A stretch of DNA of 64,000 bases. Source: Hydractinia symbiolongicarpus. Its lineage: Eukaryota. The stretch covers positions 19,579,855-19,643,854 of the forward strand of contig NC_079880.1 in the NCBI RefSeq assembly GCF_029227915.1, written 5' to 3'. Under the pieces are notes generated by a model. It was not told the DNA's origin. It worked only from the letters and a program-made list of their open reading frames with translations, and ran no database searches. Shown here in pieces: positions 24,201-39,985 of this stretch. A program made the translations under genes and the position numbers. The stretch's first letter is position 1; the number at the start of each line of letters is the position of its first letter.

Positions 24201-25870
24201 AAATATACATTTTAATGTTATCGCATTTTATCAATTAAGGGCGCACTGCAAGTTTGATCTCAGGCCCCTTGTCTTTTCTTGTCATATATATGTTGGCACA
24301 GCGGAGCGAAATTTTCGTCAGATCCGTCAAAAACTTAGCGCCAGTGAAAGACAAGAAGACCGTGGAACAGTTACAGTTTAGCGTTGTCTCTCCGCATTCC
24401 TCATTATAACTTTTCTAAATTCTCCTGTCAATATATTTTGATTAAAAAGTTTAAGATATAGATAGCACTCGTAAATTTATGAGGATTGATACGCCGTCTT
24501 ACCACAGCTTAACAAATGATGTGTTCTTGAAATCAATTGAGTGCAGAGATTTGACCCTATGCATCTCCAACAGAAATAATAGTCCGGCCGGTCCAGTGTG
24601 ACTGTTCAGGGTTAAGAAGAGAAAAAAGTACGAGGTTGGTGAGGGTTCGCGACATTTCAATTTTCTTGATTTTTCAGAGATACCCGTGAAAATGTTTTTC
24701 ATAATGGCGGGTTTAGCAGTGCTTAACTTTTCGTTGATGTTTTGTGATTTTACTTACACAAGATAAGTTCGTATAGTTAGCTAAAGCTTCCTTTTCCTTC
24801 TCTTTACCCCACATTAGTGACGAAGTATTGATCACATTATAACTAGGATTGGTAATGCTAAGTATCAAGGATTTCGATGGGCAATCCAAACTGGTTCATC
24901 TAGTAGTGAATTATCGACCCAGCCAAATTATGCTGGCAGATGGATTCCTCGTAATCTGCTCGACATATTTCGCTTCCTCAACTGTTATATTCAATGACCA
25001 AAATACCTTTTTACAGTGCTCATTCAACGTCATGTTCTCCATTAAGGCTAGTTGGGGTCAAATAGCTCTCTAAATTGTCTTGGTAATTTAGAAGCATTGA
25101 CAACATCACTATCCTGTTAAATGAGAGGCTCCTGAAACACTGAGTAAAGATAAACCTATAGCATATTTATTAGCATCTTTTAATGCATTTAGGAAATCTT
25201 TTGTAAAATTCTGATTCCATTGGTTAGCCATGTCATGTCAGTTGGGAGGGGGGGGGGGGTCTGGGCTGTTAGACCAAGACACACAGCTGCTTCTATCTTA
25301 AAAAGTGTTGCAGCTACATTTGAGCATGTTTCCCCAAGCCTAAAAGTTAAACAACAAAAAATTATTATGAGACATCAGAACCTCCATTGACAAAACTTGT
25401 AGTATAAGTTTAACTCCACCTTGCCATGCATGTGCAATGAGCAGCTAACACAGATCATGATTGATTCGGAGCCACCCAAAGTTGATGGGGTTTGCCATTC
25501 GTTCTATACGATGGCTTAGCTTCACATTTAGCTAAGAAATATCCAGGCTTCAACCACATTATATAAAACAATCCTGTACCCATCCAGAGACAAAAAAAGT
25601 TTATGAGCTTCCAAAGATTTGTAGTTCTCCATCGCCTCTGGACTGAAAACACCTAAAATACCGTGCTTAGCTCTCGTTGAGGTTGGACGTATCTAAAACG
25701 CTCCGGTCTTGGCGCGCTAAGTCGAAGAAAGAAAAAAGAAGACTAAAGCTTGAAGAGCTCCTGCTTTGACAGCTAAGTCCTTTTTGATTTATTATATATT
25801 GTACTGCCTTTTTTACTTCATTTATATCTTTTCATTTCTTTAATTTGTTGTTTTGTAAGTTTTTAAATTA

Positions 25871-28800
25871 TTGTTTTTGTTAATAAATTGTTTTTATCCC
25901 AGTCAGTTTTTTATCCATCTATCATCTAATATGGTAGCTTTGCTGTGTTGTGGGTTCCTGCTGCTCCTTCTGTGTAACATCGTAAGGAAATGGGCTTGCC
26001 TTAGATCCTTCAAACATAGTTTTGGAAGAGCACATAACCGTAGAATGATCTCTCTACGACTTAAAAATAACTTTACTCAGGTAGGAAACCCCACATTTAC
26101 GCTAAAACTGATTTTTGTGTTTGTTGTATTTTTGAGCAATACAAAACCTTCGTTCAAAAGTAGCTCACCCAACAACAACGAAATGAGTCGACTAGATAGG
26201 AGTTTCTTTTCTATCTCTTCACTTGATGCCTGCAATAGAGTTTCTGAAAGCCAGCTCACTCTCCAATTAAAATTAATGGCTTTATCAAAACTTAAGCCAA
26301 GCAGGCACAAGTATTTCTATTTTTTAATCCTCTTGTCAGGGGACATCTGCCTCAACCCAGGTCCTGTTAAGTATCCCTGTTCTTCATGCTTAAAACCTGT
26401 GGCAAAAACACACAAAGCACTTTCTTGTGACAAGTGTGGATTATGGGCTCATAAAAAATGTGAGCGTATTTCTGATAAAAAATATCAACAATTTATGAAG
26501 ACTCCTGAAGATAAACTGTTTTTCGTTTGCAGTCCCTGTCTTTCTCGTAATTTGCCCTTTGCTAATGAGGAGTCATTTGGTGACGAAATTCCGGAAAACT
26601 TTGATTTTGAGGCAATCAGAAATGGAAAGGGCTTAAAAATGGCCCATCTCAACATAAATGGTCTGTCATCCAAACTAGACTATGTTAAACTTCTGCTACA
26701 TCAAACAAAACTTGATGTATTCTCCATCTGTGAAACCAAAATTGATGACACCATCACTGACAATGACGTTAAAATTGATGGCTATGTTTGTTATAGGAAT
26801 GATCGGAATAGACGAGGTGGGGGTGTTCTAATTTTTGTTAATGAAAACTTGGATAGCCACCTTTTGAAACACCTTTACTTCGAAAATGTTGAATCACTAT
26901 GGGTGAAAGTGTGCCTGAAAAAAACTAAACCTATTTACGTGTGTGGGGTTTACAGGCCACCTGGAGGTAGTGATTTGCAGAGTACCGAAAACCTGTGTAC
27001 TCATTTTAAACAGTGTTTTAACAAGCTCCCAAAAGAAAAAGAAGTTTTTATCTTGGGAGATTTTAACTGTAACATGCTTTCAAAATATGCTCTTTCCTCC
27101 AAAATAAAGGAATTATGCTCCACTCTTTTCCTAAAACAACATAGTACGGAGCCAACTCGTGTTACTGAAAATAGTAGCACTCTTATAGACTTGATACTTT
27201 CTAACAGTTCTTGTATTTCTAAAACTGGTGTCATGGATTTAGGCATCAGTGATCACAATTTAGTTTATGTGATCAGAAAATTCAAAAGGCCAAAATTTGA
27301 ACCTAAAACATGCAAGGTTCGTAGCTACAAGAACTTCAGTAAAGAGGCTTTTCTGAAGGACCTCAGGAATTTAGACTGGTCATATTTTAATAATTATGAT
27401 GACCTTGATGAAGCATGTGAGAAACTGAATAAAAATGTTAAAACAGTGGCTGACAAACATGCCCCTTTCAAAACACATAGATTTTCTGGCCGTGTTGAGG
27501 CATGGGTCACTGATGAATTAATAATAGCCATCAAAGAAAGAGACTTCTTGAAACGGAAAGCATCAAAAACAAAATCCATCATAGACTGGGAAGCTTTCAA
27601 ACAAAAAAGGAACCAGGTAATAGGTCTCAAAAATTGACTCAAAAACGAGTACTATAATGACGTTTTGCAGGACTTTCAAAAACGGCCAAAACAACTTTGG
27701 AAAACCCTAAAAAAACTGGTTCCTGATAAGTCAGGCAATACTACCTCGATAAAACGAGTAGTCCAAAACGATGGTACAGAAACTTCTCACCCAAAAGAAA
27801 TTTCCAACACATTCAATTCATTTTTTGTCAGTGTTGGTGCCAAACTAGCCTCTAAATTTTCTTCTGACACTACTAATGTTATTCCACCTGTTAGCGGACA
27901 CGATTTTCGGTGGGCTCGTATTGAGACCAAAAGTGTCAAAAAAATAATTAGTTCACTAAAACTTAATAAAGCTACAGGCTTGGACGGAATTGGTTCACGA
28001 CTGCTAAAAGCAGGTTCGTCAGTTTTAAGTATTTATTTATCAAGTCTTTTCAACAAATCTTTATTTACTGGTTATGTACCTAAATGTTGGAAGACTAAAA
28101 GGGTCTCGCCTATTTTTAAAAGTGGCAATAAAACAGATCCTACTAATTATCGGCCTATCTCCATTTTGCCAATTCCTATGAAAATTTTTGAAAAGTTAGT
28201 GCATGAGCAAATGTCTCATTTTATTTCTGAGCACAACTTCCTGAATGACAGACAGTCCGGATTTCGAAAACTCTTTTCCACAGAAACTGCAGTAGTCGAT
28301 GTCTCTGATTTTATTCTTACTGAGCTCAACCAACATAACTTTGTTTGTGCTGTGCTCATTGACCTTAAAAAAGCTTTTGACACTGTTGATCATAAAATTT
28401 TGTTAAAAAAACTATGGTGTTTTGGCATCAGAGATGCTGCCTTTGACTGGTTCGAGTCCTACTTAACGGGCTGAATGCAGCTGACTCTTGTAAACGACAC
28501 AGGATCAGATCTGCTTCATGAAGACGCTTTTGGGGTGCCGCAGGGATCTGTGTTGGGGCCCCTGCTCTTTCTTTTGTATATTGATGACTTAAAATCTGTC
28601 ATCAATTCAAACTACCACCATCTATATGCAGATGATACAATAATTATTTAGTCTCATAAAAACTTGGATACCCTTGTCTCCCAGGTCGAGTTAGAACTTT
28701 CGCAAGTCGACCTCTGGCTGAATAATAACAAAATGACTATTAATACGGACAAAACTGAAACAATCTTTTTCGGCAACCACAGCCAGTTAAAAAAAGTTGA

Positions 28801-29419
28801 GAACAAAACTATCAACTATATGGGTATTTCTTTGAAGAGGAGCGAAAAAGTTAAATATCTTGGGGTAACATTTGATCAAAAAATGCAATGGGAAAAGCAC
28901 ATTAATGACATAAATAGAAAAATACTAATTAAATATTCTAAAATTAGAACCATTGCATCCTGTTTAACACCTCACACAAAAAACCTTTTAATTAATGCAC
29001 TTGTCATGCCATATTTCCACTACTGCTCCTCGGCATGGGCTTGTGCCACCCAAGGTAGATTGGGAAAACTAGAAAAACGATTAAAATGTGTCCGTACCTT
29101 TTTTGGGAAAGAGAGGGAATATTCAATGAATAATTTACTCATCAAAAACGATGCCATATTAGTTTTCAAAGCCATGAATCACATTGCTCCTGATTACATG
29201 CGCTCAAAATTCCTTTTGACAAAAAACTGTCATAATCATCAAACAAGAGGAGCTTCAAAAAACAGGTTCACACTTCCCTTGGTCAACACGGAATTTGGCA
29301 AAAAAGCCTTCCCATTTAGAGCTGCAAAAGTGTGGAATAATCTTCCAGACCAAGTGACCTGTGATGGAAGTCTGCTTTCGTTTAAGACTTCCATCTCGAA
29401 TGTATTGGGCAAATTCTAA
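25871..29419 (+). pseudogene. LINE ORF2 (endonuclease-reverse transcriptase) with three in-frame nonsense codons
   Basis: ORFs 25871-27637, 27665-28474 and 28664-29419 are all in frame 2. They are separated only by TGA at 27638, TGA at 28472 and TAG at 28648. Motifs present: LLSGDICLNPGP (2A-like), CSSCLKPV..CDKCGLWAHKKC (zinc finger), NINGL..ICETK..GDFN..SDH (APE), and LIDLKKAFDTVDH / [12 protein letters not shown] / LYADDTII (RT blocks). Confidence 0.85.
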
Positions 29420-29623
29420 TGGAGATCACTTTTTAACTTTTTAATTTTTGTTTTTTATTCTTTTTCTTTTCAATTTTCACAGATTATAAATGTTACTATG
29501 TTTGATTGAGCTGAGGCAGTCTAAGGTTTATCATTTTTTGTTTCTTTTTTGTTCTAGTGGCCCCCAGTGGAAACAATCCACTAACTATAGGTTTTTGTGA
29601 TTTTCTGGGCTAGCCACTTTAAA

Positions 29624-29831
<208 letters not shown>

Positions 29832-30734
29832 AATTGACCAGAAAAAGGACCAAAAGTTAGTTTAAGCTTTATAAAGTAAAAAATATATTGTCAGGTACAT
29901 ATAGCTGCTATCTATAGTAAAAAATACATAAGTGGAGATCTTTAGTGATAAAGATCATGCCATTGGAGAGGAGGCCACTCTTTTATACTGTCTTTCCACT
30001 GATTAGCAGGAAACTTGTATGGGCACCGATCAAGTCCTAAAATATGAAAGATAAAGGCAACGAAATTTAAAGTTGTGCTAGCTAACAGCCATAATATTTT
30101 TGTAGCTATTCTTTAAAATCAACGAAAAAATTCCTAGAAACACACTGATTATATATAACTTTTTCTTATATCTTTCAGCAGCTTCTTTATCTACTGATTC
30201 TGCACATTCATAAGACATTCTTTGCAAAGCAACCTTCGCCAGCTTTGAAAAGAGCGACTTTGTTTTCCCTCATTCATAATGTTAGCATATTCGCTATTGA
30301 ATTTACGTAATAGTCACGTGATATTCTGACCACAAGAGTATATTTTAGGTGTTTCACATTACTAGTTCCTTGTTATTTTTTTTCCAGAAGGCCCAAAAGA
30401 GTAGCTAGCTATAGACCGTTTTGAATGTTTACATTTTTCGTGGTAAGCCCTTTTGACTTTAACAATCGTGTAGCAGACATGTGGGCGCTAGGTGAAGTGA
30501 GGTCCTTTTCAGTCTGTTTCTTTGCACAAAAGTATCATTACGACTTTATATGAATAATGTCAATCAGAAGTTATTCATCTAACTTGATAATAGTTTAAAG
30601 CCTCAACAACGTTTCTGTAGAAAGAAATGGACTAAAAAAAGATCCTTCTTCAGCAAGCTCTTGCATTTTTTTGCCTGCCATGCAGTTGTTAAAGTCAAAA
30701 GGGCTTACCACAAAAGTTGTAATCATTCAAAAAA

Positions 30735-31060
30735 TGGTGCCATAGTGTAGTGGTTATTAACTTTTGCACTTTTTGTGGCGGACCGGGATAGAATTCCCTT
30801 GCTGGTGATTCAATATAGGTCAGTGTATGTTACCAAACCCTGGGGGTTACCCAAGTCATGTGGGGAAGGGGATTGGGGAGATGCCACGCTGTGTGGGCCA
30901 TTGGATGTCGTAGTAGGGAGTTGTCTGGTAGAGTGTAGCTCAAAACAAGCATTAAATACTCCAGGCCTCCCCATCTTAGCCATGGCCCTTCCTGGAAATA
31001 ATAGACGGTTATATCCCTGGGTGTTTATAAGGCTAGCTATGTAAAATATGCACATCAATA
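30735..31060 (+). mobile_element. tRNA-derived SINE (full-length copy)
   Basis: The head GGTGCCATAGTGTAGTGGTTATTAAC..GGCGGACCGGGATAGAATTCCC carries tRNA-like A and B boxes. The body is shared with the 18535-18745 copy. Confidence 0.55.
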
Positions 31061-34000
31061 CACCATTTCACAGTTTAGTAAAAATAAAGTTATCTGTTCA
31101 ACTAGTTGCATCGTACTAATCATCTTAAAACCAATTTAGAAGACATAACTTTAATATTAAATCTTAAAACAACCTTTCTTTTTTACCAAAAATACCCACT
31201 GCTGTGGGCTGGCAAACGAGTTTGTTGTTGTTTTCTTAAGTTTCTGCACAGTAGTCTCAGTGCAGATTTTTCTCATAGACGTGCGTATCATAGTAAATGT
31301 GAAAACGTGTATTTATCTATCTCTATCTATATACAGTCTAATTTTCAAATTGCATTGGTATATTAATCAATTTCTCAGCTTAGTTTTGATCTAAAAGAGG
31401 TTGAACTGGGCTCTCACAGTCAGGGCAAATCATACAACTGATTGCATAATTGCATTTGCAAATTTTAATTGGTTTACTAATTTATAAAAATGGTGCTAGA
31501 GATTATTTATTGCCACAAATTAATCAAATAAACATGTTTTAAAACTGTACTCTGTGCTGCTGCTCGTGAGAGTTACAAAACGTGTTGTGAGGAGAAAAAT
31601 TAAGTGCATACAGCTTACATCACCTAAAAACAAATCCATCTTGACCTTTGGGTTCAGGAATCTTTTTTATTTTTTGGAAAAAAGCTTTATTTTTTTTCAA
31701 GATGTAGATCTTAAAAGCTATACTAACTATGCAAAATTATGAATTATCAAATCGTTGGAAACATGTTTTTTGTAACTACTGTTATGTTAGCATGTTATTA
31801 TTTTTTCTCAATACCCAAATTTATTGTTTTGGGTAACTTTTTTCGAAAGCATATATGGTTGTGAAGAGACATGAAAGAGTTCTGTCATGAAATAAATCCT
31901 TTATGAACAATGAGTTCATAACATAAATTCTAAAATTTCTCTTAATAACAACTTAATATTTAATTGGTGAAGAGTTTTCTTACCAGATATTGTACAAAGT
32001 TACTCATTATGAATCTAATTAGATAATTTGCCATAATGTTATACATATATATTTAGTTCTTTTCAAATGATGCTTATAATACACATTATAGAATAGTTGT
32101 GTGCCAGAAGGCATCATCTTGTTATATATTTATGAACTTTATATTGATTCTAACTCATGTGTACACACAAACTTACACAGCAATGGAACATTTTTTTATA
32201 AAATGATTGTCTTGTCAATTTAATATGAGTAATGAGGGTACTTTTATGATAAAAAAATATGTATTTAAAAATATAAAAGCTAAGCATTCTATGATGGCTT
32301 TATATATTGTAATGCTTGTAAGACGATTGACCAGAACCATTTACAATGTTAAGTAAATTTAATTTCTCATCTAAAAGAAAGATTTGTGATTGTTAGTACA
32401 GATCTAAAGGTACAAATGTGTAAGGTGCAGACAATTAGTTTTATAAATACCGGCTTGACGGATTAGATTTATTTCTTCATTTTTTAACCATTCTACTAAT
32501 TCAACTGATTCATTTTTTCAATTTTTTCAAAAAATTCTTGGAAAGTCTGGGAGTTTTGTTTATGAGAAATATAGTGGCCACAAGCATTTGTAATTACATT
32601 TTATGCATGGTATTTATCACACACACTTCAGAAAACCAGATTTTTTCAACTTTTTACTTTATATTTGCGTAAGTTCGCTTTATGCCCAAGGCAAGAATAT
32701 TAATATCCAATCACTGAAAAAATTCTTTGTATAAAGGAAATTAACAACTTATGTGAAGAATGCTTTGTTTTATTTTTTATTTAAATAAAACAAATATAAA
32801 TGACATTTTTTGATAGAGACATTGAACAAATAATTAGTTGTGCGCACAAGTTAAAGAAAAGGTATTATTTCTGTGAGATGTTAAACTCCTGAAGTCATCA
32901 GGATGAAATGTGTGACTATGGTAAAAGTGTTTTTGCATCATCCGGTTCATGTTGTTGTTTTTGTATGAGGCACCTTGCTTTCAATTTTTGACACTTTCTT
33001 TTCTGTTATTTCTCACTAAAAGCTAACTATAATCAGCTGTTGTTCAAATTATATTTTTTTGTTTTCTTTTAAAACTAAAAAAAATTAAACAAAAATTGAA
33101 TGAAAGAATTATTGATATGAATGAAAATGATTTTCTGATAATTTTAATTAATATTTTTATTTAGTATGTTTTGCGTGAAGAAAATTATCAGTTTAAAAAA
33201 AATTATCCGGGTAATAAAATTCTGCTAGCAAAGTTTTTGGTTTTAGGTATTTGCCTTATACAATCAGTGAATTTTTGCTATAAGATAAGAAGTATCGAAA
33301 AGCATTACTCAAAAAAAATTATATAAATATTAAAATGTTGTATACTACTTTGACACTGGAATTTGCTTATATGTTACACAGAAAGTTATATGAAATGTTT
33401 AATTTTATACAATGAAATAAAAAGTATGATGTTATGATTGGATTATTAATTATGAAAATTCATAAAAAGGCATGGAAAAATAAAAATAAATTGTGTATAT
33501 ATATATTTACAAACAAGTCAAATATTTGAAGAAAACCTTTCTTTGTCTTCAACGTGCATGATTTTATCAAAACTGTTCATTAAAAATTCAATTGTAAAAT
33601 TTCTTTAGATATAAAGAATGCATGGTTGTTCATGGAAACATTTCATGGTTTTCATGGTTTTGCATTGTATTTTGACAATATTTTTTTCTTAATAATTGAT
33701 TAGATTTAAAAAAAATTTTAACTGTCCATTACATATTTTTTTGTTAACTTTTCATGGAATCAAGCTGACTTGTAGACTAGGATTTTGTATGCAATTTATT
33801 TTACAGTTCATGTTTTTATTTCTTTAATTTTATATTAGATAAAATAAAACACATATAAATTAAAACAATCAGTTCAACATTCTGCTAAATGATCAAAATT
33901 AATAGTATGATACAAGAACGTGCACATGCAAGAAAGTACAATGTCACTCAAGTCACATAATCAAACAAAGAAAAAGTCTTCAAGTGGTAAGGATAGTTAT

Positions 34001-35017
34001 TATAGCTTAGTGCATGTCTTCCTACCTATTACATTCTCGTCAGTGTCAATCACATACATTTCTCACCTTGTATGAAATGTTTGGTCACCCTATACTTTTA
34101 CAAATATTTATAACATAAGACTTTCTGTGCTTTTCATTGTATAGTATTCTTGTGTTTAATATTATTTTTTCCTCACCACCCCAGAAAAGCAATGCCTGCG
34201 GTTAAGTTTTAAGTCTTCACGCATTCATATGTTATTAAAAATCTCTGTTTTGATTTGTTTAGGAATTTTTCATGAGTCAAAAGCACGTTCTATATCACTT
34301 GATAATATCGATCAGTACAATACATGGCCAAGCAGATCACCAAAAGCTCAACGTCAACACACACATTTGCTCAGTACATCACCCAGTTCACTATTCAAAT
34401 TTAAAGGTAAGTAGATGTTGTAAACCTAACATTAATCCTTCTTTTAAATTTTAACCTTCCTTCCTCCAATCCTTAACACCAGAATAAAAAAATATAATAT
34501 TTACAATGTCATCATCGCAAGCACTCAAAAATACAATCATTTGTAGCATGTAGATGAAATATCTGTTCGAAATTTATTCCTATATTTTAAAAAACTTATA
34601 ACTTTCATAGTATAGAGTATTTAAACATCAGATTTCACTTGCTCTCTCCCTTTACCATACATTTAGCTTGCATTGTTTTGTGTTTGTATTTAAGTTATAA
34701 CAATGATAAAAACAAAAGCCTTACCTATAGATCATTATTTACTCCCATTCCTAGTAGATCAATTGCTGCTTTAAAGCTTGGGTGAACTTTTTAACCTTTT
34801 TTGTATATATAACACTATGTTTTTCTAGCAAATAATATTCATGGGTTACATTAATAATCAGAATAGTTTGCTTGCTTTTATTATTTTCTTCTTCAAAACA
34901 TGTGATAAAAAGTTACACTCAAACAATTGTTTTCTTGTATGCTTGATAGCTTACTGAAGTTTCATTATGTAGCCTTTGTTCTCGCCGTTAACACGTTTAT
35001 TCTCTTTTATATTTCAG

Positions 35018-35079
35018 GATTAAAAAAGAAGTTATATGCATTCAAGCTGAGTAAAAGTAACTCAGATATCGCAGCTCAG
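35018..35079 (+). CDS. Candidate upstream coding exon of the TMCC-like gene
   Basis: Acceptor atttcag, donor GTATGG. Only one frame is open, giving LKKKLYAFKLSKSNSDIAAQ. Its exit phase 0 is compatible with the exon at 43307. There is no homology support. Confidence 0.25.
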
Positions 35080-38000
35080 GTATGGCATATTCTTTTTGCA
35101 TTAATGAAATAATGGTTTTGATAGTAGTAGTACTAGTTGACCTAAGATTGTATATTATGATTTACATGTATTGCCATGGTAGTTAATTAGTTTTAAAATT
35201 AAGCTTTAGTAGTGACTTTAAATTTTGCATTAGCTGTTTACCAAGCAGGAAGTCTAGTGACATATATAGAGGAATAGTATAAAAGATTGAAATGAGTTTT
35301 TAATAAAAGCTTTCTGTTCAGCCAGAAGAATATTTATAGACAGGGCTGGCTGATTAACCCTAATATGATTTTTTTTTCTCCGTTAAAAGTTGTTCAGGCT
35401 GCAATTTGAACTTATGTTGATAGGAGATATTGTAATTTATACAGCTTTAGCAATAATTTTATATATGTTGATATCTTTTGTGGATTTTGTTGACATTTTT
35501 TGTAGTGTAAGGACTATAAAGGAACATGAAAATAAGGAGTATAAATAAATATAGGATTTAATAGATTAAAATTTTATTATTTTTTTGTTGTTGAATGCTA
35601 AAGGTACTTCTTCAGAGTGTGGCTATAACTCTATCCTTCATAATTTGGTTGTTAAATCAACTAGGAAATGTTGTTTACAAGAATTAATTTCCTAGATGCT
35701 TTATTCAGCTATTTGAGAAAATAGTTTTTAAAACATTCCTAATTGTCATTGCATAATTATTTTTGCGTTGTTTTAAAAGCTTTGTATGCCGTGATAATAG
35801 TCCTGGGATGCAGTTTTTTGATGACTAGCCTACTAAACCTCCCAATTCTAAGTGTTTTCAGGATTTTTAAAAAATTCTTTTTTCAATTAACCTTGATTAA
35901 ACTCTGATGTTAAAACTGTGCTTAGTGTGTTTGCAGTTTGAACACTTGAGAGTAAAAGCAGACGTTCCAACCTGTAGATTCATTGGTATAATTTTAGAAA
36001 AAGAAAAACATCTCCCAGAGGTTGAGAGGAATTTTTTAAGTTTAGCATTTTTAAATGGCTACAAAATATATTAAGACTAGGGCCATATTTCTCAGTTTTC
36101 TCCCACAAATGAATATTTTGGCTATTTCTATTTCTACCTACTAATTTGAATTTTTCAATGTTTATAGTGAATCATTTTTCTTAAATTTATAAAAGATAAA
36201 AGAGGGTGACACAGATTACTTCGTAAGACTAACATGTTAGAAAGTAGTAGTAGCATAATTTAAACACTGCTTACCTAACCTATGCACTTGACAAGTAGCT
36301 TTTTTAAAGTCTAACAGTGCAGGGGATTCACAAGTTGATGCTTTTTGCCAACTTTGTGAAATGCCCACACAGTGCTTCTTCAGCTTGTATATGTTTTGCA
36401 GCCATGATTCCACAAGTATGATATTGAACTTAATAAAAAAAAGAGGAGGGCCAAGATTAATGACAAAAGTTATGCTATATAAGTATACAGGCAATTAAAA
36501 GAGAAATAACGGAGTGTATAGGCAAGGAGGTTTAAAGAGAGGAGATACATCTCAGCAACGTCAATTTAAATTCTGTTCAAATTTCTTTTGTTTACGTGCT
36601 CCTTTGAATCCATCCGTTGCGTCGCTTTTGCTGTATTTCTACATGCCAAGAGTGAGACAAGTGTTTTAACGACAAAGCAGAACTTTCAAAAAACATTAAA
36701 AGCTATACCAAACATAAATAAAACACATGGCTCTGTTAAGATATAAGAATTAATGCTGGTGAAGTTTATTATCCCTACTTGCAAAACGACTCAGCTGGTA
36801 TTTGGAGCTTATATTGTGTAAATTGTTGCCCTGAGATATGACATAATTTTATATCTTGTAGATGTTTCTGTATGTTCCCTCCCAGCACAGCATCAGTTAA
36901 AAGATTGATAAATGTTTTAAAAAATATTACTACAGGAGGGGTTGCATATTAGTACATATTTTTGTCTTCAAAGTTATTGAATTTTCAGTATAGAATCTGT
37001 GTTCGGTAAGTATTATTTTTTTCATAGAACAAAAGAAAATATTAATCATTCGTTACTATCTCTAATTATGCGTTTTTCATTGGGCAATGATTTACTTTTA
37101 TTTCTTTGCGTTTTTATTTTCTAATATTGTTTTTTTATCTTTATGTTACCATAATTTCCCTCATATTCAGCAGATTTTTACCAGAAATATACCACCAGAA
37201 ATGTTTAAAACCTGATTTTAAAGGATCAAGTTTTATCACTAAAAAAATAATTTATTTTTTATGTGGAAATAACAATGAGCAACGGTTACTTTTATAATTT
37301 AGGCGCAAGATTTCAAAAGATTTTGGTTTACAAAAATGAATTTAAAAACAATACAGCAACCTGCAAAATTTCAATAGAAACTACTAAGATGTATCTCCTC
37401 TTTTTAAACCTCCTTGGATTATGCATTATGCAAATTTGAAGAAGAACAAATTTAGATTCTACAAACAGAGATTTCAACTTAATAACATAGTAAAAAAATA
37501 TTGTATAATATTTGAAAATAGTTATGCATATTATGAGAGTTAATTGGTATAGGTGATAACAAAATTAAAAAACCAATAGAAACAAGCAACTAATTAAACA
37601 ACTTTCTTTTACAATTAAGTAAGGTGTGAAAAGCTAGATATGTTAAACAGGAATATTTTGCACACTTGCTCACTTTCTGCATAGTAGTGTGCTTGCAGCT
37701 TGCAAAACCTGCTTGTATTTCTGCCATGGTTAACCTGTCTAAACTCATACAGCATAGTTTCTGCATGCTGTCTTTCATAAACATAGCTTGGTTGAACTTA
37801 CTAAGCTTTTTCTCTGGTAAAGAATCTATCAGAAAGCCATGGTAATAATAGTAAAGGTAAAATGTTGAAATTTTTTTAAGGATTCGTAGGAAAAACAAAA
37901 CGAAAAACATTGTATCTTGTTACCTTAAAATCACTGAAACTGTTTCTTAAAATATGGCATTGTTAATCACCATCGTTAAACCTCATTTAAGAAAACTTAA

Positions 38001-39960
38001 GTTATTCAATTGAACTATCTGAACCAATAATAATTCTGTTAATATTTACCCATTCTTACAAAAGAAGGATCATTTTCTTTAAAATAATATGGAAAGTAAA
38101 GTAAGGAATAAAATGATTCTTATACTGAATCTCTTTATTTATATCCGTTGTGGTGTTTTTTATTAATTCTATAAATACATTATTTATATCTCCAAAACAA
38201 ATATTGCGGTAAATATTTATGCCAATGCAGACAGTTATATTTATATAATCATAAATTTTAAGTAACATTTGTTGTCATGGTGATATTAATATATGCATAA
38301 CACCAAATTCTCACAGATGGGTCAACACCCACCTGTTTTGGAACTGATCGCAGAATGACGTGATTAAGATTTTTATGGTCAATATCTTTTGTTAGTGTTC
38401 TTCTACCTAAGAGGGTTGTAGAACCAGTGTGTGTATAATAATATTTTATGATATGAGTAACTATCTGCTAGCATCTTCACAATTCAAAACTTTAAATTAT
38501 TATTTGGTAACAACATCTCTTGTCATACTGCGATGTACAATTTGTGTTGGTAAATGTATACAAAGACAATTTTATACAAATAATGTTATGTCACAGTTTG
38601 TCGGTAGCTTGCTCGTCGCATAAAATGGGATTTTTTGTTTGTTTGTTTTTAATTAATACACACAAATTAAGGATTAAAAAAGTTCTTACTCTATTTTTGT
38701 GTTCTCTTCACCCACATATACTACATGGTTGAATATAAAACTGAAAATATATCATTGTAAACTAATAGTGAAAACGAACTCTTTCTCCCACTGACTTTTT
38801 CTAAAAAAACAGATGTGACTCAGGAATTTGATGTAAATGTCTTTAGGGCCTTTTTATTGTGAAATAATGTTTTAGAAGATAAAGTCGAATTGTTTCATGA
38901 ATAATGAATGTAAGTTAGTTCATTTGATTGCATTTAGTGTGTTTGCTCACATGGCTGTAAATAAATTATAGCTTTTTCACAACATGATGTATTAATTTTT
39001 CTTTGCAAAGCAAGGCTTGATTTTTAAATAAAAAAGATTCAAGTTTTCGTTATGATTTAAGATATTTTTTAATAAATGGATTGGGCTGTCACAGCAAAAG
39101 TTGTTCAAAATTTAGTGTGGTAAGTTTTTTTACATTAGACCCTTCTGTGTCTTTTGCGACTAAATATACCTATATGCTAACTTTCATAAAGTAGATAGCT
39201 ATTTAAGCCTGTTGAAAATTCCATTGCCAGAAACTTTTCAGAATTTTTGCTTATCACAAAATGGTTTGTTGTTAATTCCAGTACAAAGACTGTACAAATA
39301 ATTGACAAGAAACAATGTTTAATTGCATGTGACTTTGTCCAGACATTAATTATTCATACAGCAATTATGTTCCCTATGACCACTGCAAATTTAAATTAGA
39401 ATACAATAGTTGGAATTCCTAGCCATAATTTTCTGCAGTCAAAACTGTAAACAAAAGTTTCATAAAAGTATAATTGTGTAACTGTAAAAAGTATAATTCG
39501 GCTTTTCCTTTTACAGACAGACAAACACACACAGTTAGCAGTGTATCAGTGTAAAAGACTAGTGAATAACCCCATGAAAAAATTGAACTGGTAAAAAAAT
39601 TGAACTGGTAAATGTATAGGATCATGCGCTTTTGACGAATTAAGAAAAACAAATTTAGATAGAAGATTTTTGATGATGTCATCTACTGGGCTGTTCCAAC
39701 ATGGGGGGACACAGCTGTAGGTTATTTGTCCCAGGTGGTCCCTAGTTACCCACACAAGCACGATATCAGTTATTTTCACCCGTTTCTAAGTAATTTAACC
39801 CCGAAACTTAAAAGTGCAAAGCAATGGCTTTACTAATTCAATTAAAAACACATGAATCTGATTTATCAATGTGAAGTAATGTCAAAATCAGTGTTTTGTG
39901 GGTTAGCAATATATAGTTGTAATCACTTTTTTTAAAGAGAGAAAAGTGAATGCCACCACT

Positions 39961-39985
39961 GCCCCTCACACACACACACACACAC
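39961..39985. repeat. (CA)n microsatellite
   Basis: A short dinucleotide run visible in the sequence. Confidence 0.9.

Noticed and set aside
34229-34454. Two overlapping plus-strand ORFs ending at a GTAAGT donor, considered as 5' exons of the TMCC gene.
   Set aside because: Neither frame leaves the phase-2 overhang required by the next candidate exon at 35018. There is no homology.
37590-37910. 106-aa minus-strand ORF (..LSKFNQAMFMKDSMQKLCCMSLDRLTMAEIQAGFASCKHTTMQKVSKCAKYS..).
   Set aside because: No family was recognised and no convincing splice context was found. It may be antisense noise within the large TMCC upstream intron region. It is worth a BLAST but is not callable from sequence alone.
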